This document shows, one piece after another, positions 23,061 to 24,000 of a stretch of 24,000 nucleotides of DNA; position 1 is the first letter of the stretch; the number at the start of each line of letters is the position of its first letter. A model generated the notes under the pieces. That model searched no databases, was not told the origin of the DNA, and saw only the letters and a list, made by a program, of their open reading frames with translations. The stretch comes from Candidatus Dormiibacterota bacterium (GTDB taxonomy: Bacteria > Chloroflexota > Dormibacteria > Dormibacterales > Dormibacteraceae), in assembly GCA_035689345.1 (NCBI GenBank), contig DASSLR010000012.1, positions 33,065-57,064 of the forward strand, in the 5' to 3' direction. A program made the translations under genes and the position numbers.

Positions 23061-24000
23061 TGCGGCCAGGTCCAGTTGAGAACGTCCGGCGCGTCCTGGC
23101 CGTGATCGCGCGTGTACTGGCGATGGCGCAGGCGCTCGTCCTCCATCCGCTGCCGCACATGCGCGGCATTCGAGCGAAGGCCCGGCACCCGGTCGATCAC
23201 GTCCATTACCAGGTGGAACCGGTCGAGGTCGTTGAGCATGACCATGTCGAAGGGAGTGGTCGTCGTCCCTTCCTCTTTGTATCCGCGGACATGGATGTTG
23301 TCGTGATTGGTGCGCCGGTACGTGAGGCGGTGGATGAGCCACGGGTAACCGTGGTAGGCGAAGATCACGGGGCGGTTGGTGGTGAAGAGGGCGTCGAACT
23401 CCGCGTCCGAAAGGCCGTGAGGATGCTCGCTGGCCGGCTGCAGGCGCATTAGGTCGACGACGTTGACCACGCGAACTTTGAGCGTGCCGAGGTGCTTGCG
23501 GATCAGGTCTGCCGCGGCGAGCGTCTCCAGGGTCGGGATGTCGCCCGCGCAAGCGAGCACGACGTCCGGGTCGCCACCTTCGTCGGTCGACGCCCAGTCC
23601 CAGACGCCGAGCCCGCGCGTGCAGTGCGCGATCGCCTCGTCCATGGACAGGTAGTTCAGAGCCGGCTGCTTGCCGGCCACGATCACGTTGACGTAGTTGC
23701 GGCTGCGCAGGCAGTGGTCGGTGATCGAGAGAAGCGTGTTGGCGTCGGGTGCCAGGTAAACGCGGATCACCTCCGCCTTCTTGTTGACTACGTGGTCGAT
23801 GAAGCCGGGATCCTGGTGAGTGAACCCGTTGTGGTCCTGGCGCCAGACGTGCGATGACAACAGGTAGTTGAGCGAGGCGATGGGTCGCCGCCACGGCAGC
23901 TGGCGCGTGACCTTCAACCACTTCGCGTGCTGGTTGAACATCGAGTCGACGATGTGCACGAAGGCCTCATAGCAGTTGAAGAGGCCGTGGCGACCCGTGA
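23057..24000 (-). CDS. xfp: Xylulose-5-phosphate/fructose-6-phosphate phosphoketolase, C-terminal ~313 aa; the 5' end lies outside the window
   Basis: The frame is open to the window edge ([29 protein letters not shown]...). [33 protein letters not shown] and the C-terminus DVLNWTWPH are present. The in-frame portion is 23057-23998. Confidence 0.95.
   Translation of the reverse strand, partial: TGRHGLFNCYEAFVHIVDSMFNQHAKWLKVTRQLPWRRPIASLNYLLSSHVWRQDHNGFTHQDPGFIDHVVNKKAEVIRVYLAPDANTLLSITDHCLRSRNYVNVIVAGKQPALNYLSMDEAIAHCTRGLGVWDWASTDEGGDPDVVLACAGDIPTLETLAAADLIRKHLGTLKVRVVNVVDLMRLQPASEHPHGLSDAEFDALFTTNRPVIFAYHGYPWLIHRLTYRRTNHDNIHVRGYKEEGTTTTPFDMVMLNDLDRFHLVMDVIDRVPGLRSNAAHVRQRMEDERLRHRQYTRDHGQDAPDVLNWTWPH

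Noticed and set aside
21963-23921. A 652-aa ORF that looks like a large fusion protein ending in acetate kinase
   Set aside because: Only the C-terminal ~365 aa are acetate kinase. The N-terminal half is an Arg/Pro/Gly-rich out-of-frame read through the phosphoketolase gene, whose own frame (23057-24000) carries unmistakable Xfp motifs.
1-24000. Whole-window scan for CRISPR repeats, IS/transposase or integrase genes, toxin-antitoxin pairs, retron/DGR reverse transcriptases or defence-system ATPases/nucleases
   Set aside because: None of the ORFs carries such motifs. I saw no direct or inverted repeat arrays longer than the short elements reported above.

Overview
This is a high-GC chromosomal segment (roughly 65-70 % by eye). 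Its gene content looks actinobacterium-like: DUF1918, a DinB/mycothiol-transferase-like protein, CtpE/CtpF-like P-type ATPases and Ala-Cys lipoboxes. I support about 27 protein genes. I see no rRNA, tRNA, CRISPR array, IS element or integrase. Many of the long ORFs in the track are alternative-frame or antisense artefacts of the GC content.

Layout:
(a) 1-9189 is a stress/dormancy-style island. It holds a P2-type ATPase 3' end, a tandem USP, two single-domain USP paralogues in inverted orientation, OsmC, DUF1918, DinB-like, PfkB kinase, BON and PNPOx-like proteins, plus lipoprotein and membrane proteins.
(b) 13209-8656 is a minus-strand operon: a tri-modular cell-wall lipoprotein (SH3b-like + NlpC/P60 + NodB deacetylase), a CtpE-like P-type ATPase, and the PNPOx-like protein.
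(c) 13670-20186 is a seven-gene, translationally coupled PTS operon. It carries the full structural gene set of the uncharacterised E. coli sgc cluster: Gat-family EIIB and EIIC, M42 SgcX-like, BtpA SgcQ-like, Rpe-like SgcE-like and EIIA SgcA-like. It ends with ptsI. An SDR + ptsH operon converges on it and overlaps it, and ackA + xfp (phosphoketolase) follow.

I consider (c) the best candidate for an undescribed system: a self-contained PTS-to-phosphoketolase catabolic module for an unknown polyol or keto-sugar.

Secondary leads:
- two DosR-like palindromes between divergent USP genes
- an anomalously long, purine-rich, GGA/GGAGG-studded convergent spacer (candidate sRNA)
- a three-part mutually complementary RNA element between EIIC and the M42 gene
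- an acetate kinase with no canonical start codon
- an unlisted 68-aa membrane-protein ORF with its own SD and terminator

All functional calls rest on motif recognition by eye. No database search was run.
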